A stretch of DNA of 17,325 nt from Atribacterota bacterium (GTDB lineage: Bacteria > Atribacterota > Phoenicimicrobiia > Phoenicimicrobiales > Phoenicimicrobiaceae): positions 1-17,325 of the forward strand of contig JBBRDV010000028.1 in the NCBI GenBank assembly GCA_038203565.1, read 5' to 3'. Positions 16,177-17,325 of the stretch are shown piece by piece (position 1 is the stretch's first letter; every line of letters starts with the position of its first letter). The notes beneath the pieces were generated by a model. It was not told the origin of the DNA, ran no database searches, and saw only the letters and a program-made list of their open reading frames with translations. The position numbers and the translations under genes were made by a program.

Positions 16177-16953
16177 TTACTTTTTATCCTCTTTTTCTTT
16201 AAGGATAGAAACTAAATCATTCTGATAAGTTTTTGCCCCCTCCAAATTGGAAATAATTTTTGTCTGTAGACGAAAACCAGCCAAGGTCTCTCGAACTTTT
16301 TTCCTTTCCTCTTGCCAGAGAGCTTTTCTTCCCCTCTGTTGAACTTGAATCTCTGAAATTGCTATTTTAAAATCCCTTATTCTTAAAGAGTTTCCTTTAC
16401 TTAAGAGGTCTCTTAAAGTTTGAGACATCAGCATCTGTTCAGCTCTATAAACTTCCAATTCTTTCCGAAAACTCTCTAACATTTTCCTAACTTCTTCCCC
16501 TCTTTTCTCTTGTTGGGTTTGAAGGTCTTTTAAAAAAATCTTAAAATCACTTAATCTATTAGATTCATTCTCTTTAAGATGGTCAGTGGACCTAGCCAAT
16601 CTTTCTCTTAAAGTAGTCGCAATATCTTTCTGCTTATCAAGATAACCTCTTAATTCTTCTCTAATTATATGCTGGTTTTTCTCAATTTCTTCCTTTCGAT
16701 TAGTTATTCCTCCCGATATTTTCTCTATCATCTGGTCAAAATCTTTTCTTCTTAGATGCTGTTGATTAGTTAAGGCCTCTCGCAGTTGTGCGTTTATTTT
16801 CTCCCTATCTTCCTTAGATTGTACTATATCATTTTGATATTCTTCTAACACCTGATAGGTATTCTCGATAATAGTTCTCACCTCAGAAATTCCATTATCA
16901 TAAGAAGTAACTATATCTTTTAATATTTTTTTCATCTGATCAACTCTCACCAT
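16177..16953 (-). CDS. Coiled-coil hypothetical protein with three internal repeats; N-terminus resembles the GvpC-like protein
   Basis: DQMKKILKDIVTSYDNGISEVRTIIENT aligns with EEMEKLGADIIGSYDVRVEKIGQIKKET. Repeats LREAL..LRRKDF, LRERL..RLSDF, LRDLL..LRIRDF. Start uncertain (TTG 16959, ATG 16953 or ATG 16935). Confidence 0.75.
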   Translation of the reverse strand: MVRVDQMKKILKDIVTSYDNGISEVRTIIENTYQVLEEYQNDIVQSKEDREKINAQLREALTNQQHLRRKDFDQMIEKISGGITNRKEEIEKNQHIIREELRGYLDKQKDIATTLRERLARSTDHLKENESNRLSDFKIFLKDLQTQQEKRGEEVRKMLESFRKELEVYRAEQMLMSQTLRDLLSKGNSLRIRDFKIAISEIQVQQRGRKALWQEERKKVRETLAGFRLQTKIISNLEGAKTYQNDLVSILKEKEDKK

Positions 16954-16993
16954 TTTCAAAAAACTTTATAATTCTAAAACCAATAACTAAATC

Positions 16994-17080
16994 AAAAAAA
17001 TGGGAATCTTGGCGGAATTTACTCGTTTAAATACCCTTAAATACCCTAAGTTTTTTGAGGATATTTCGGCAAAATTCCCC
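16994..17080 (-). terminator. Stem-loop plus U-tract downstream of gvpA (terminator or mRNA-stabilising hairpin)
   Basis: Minus-strand arms GGGAATTTTGCCGAAAT (17079-17063) and ATTCCGCCAAGATTCCC (17018-17002), followed by A then T7. Confidence 0.6.
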
Positions 17081-17108
17081 CCTAAGTTAGTTTAACTTAA
17101 ATAGGATC

Positions 17109-17315
17109 CTATGCTGCGGTTGCAGTAAGGCCTATTGCCTCTGCATACTTTAAGTAAGTCTCAACAGATGCAATCACTACTCTTGCTTCAATTGCTAATA
17201 ATTCGATACCTACTAAGGACACTCTGACCCAAGCATCGATTACTATACCTTTGTCCAATATTCTGTCTACAACTTCTACTAAACTTGAAGATGCCATTGA
17301 TTTTTCTACTGCCAT
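17109..17315 (-). CDS. gvpA: Major gas vesicle structural protein GvpA
   Basis: [64 protein letters not shown] is canonical GvpA. Confidence 0.98.
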   Translation of the reverse strand: MAVEKSMASSSLVEVVDRILDKGIVIDAWVRVSLVGIELLAIEARVVIASVETYLKYAEAIGLTATAA

Positions 17316-17325
17316 TATTTTTCAC

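Noticed and set aside
1..17325. tRNA/rRNA, transposase, integrase or phage genes
   Set aside because: No such motifs seen; intergenic spaces are short and accounted for.

Overview
All credible genes are on the minus strand. About 14.7 kb (2656-17315) is one co-oriented gas vesicle (gvp) cluster from an AT-rich prokaryote. In transcription order it reads: gvpA, coiled-coil protein, GvpC-like 33-aa-repeat protein with a C-terminal winged helix, hypothetical, gvpN, hypothetical, gvpF/L, Hsp20, TraB/ChaN-like hypothetical, CDC48-type AAA ATPase, gvpF/L, gvpG, gvpO, gvpJ/A-Zn-ribbon, gvpK, gvpL/F, GvpA/J-PH(GRAM)-Zn-ribbon fusion, sensorless histidine kinase, GYF_2-receiver protein, and PH-PH-wHTH-Hsp20 protein. 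Downstream lie a PAS-PAS-GAF-HD-GYP phosphodiesterase gene and the 5' part of a paralogue whose first PAS domain is nearly identical at DNA level. The most unusual part is the distal module (2656-7942). There, gas-vesicle shell paralogues carry PH-like and C4 zinc-ribbon domains, and they sit with an atypical two-component pair and a multidomain small heat-shock protein. Non-coding structure includes three hairpins built from inverted heptamer arrays, a REP/RPE-like palindrome, a leader motif shared by two gvpA paralogues, and a stem-loop with U-tract after gvpA. All domain calls come from motif recognition by eye; no searches were run.
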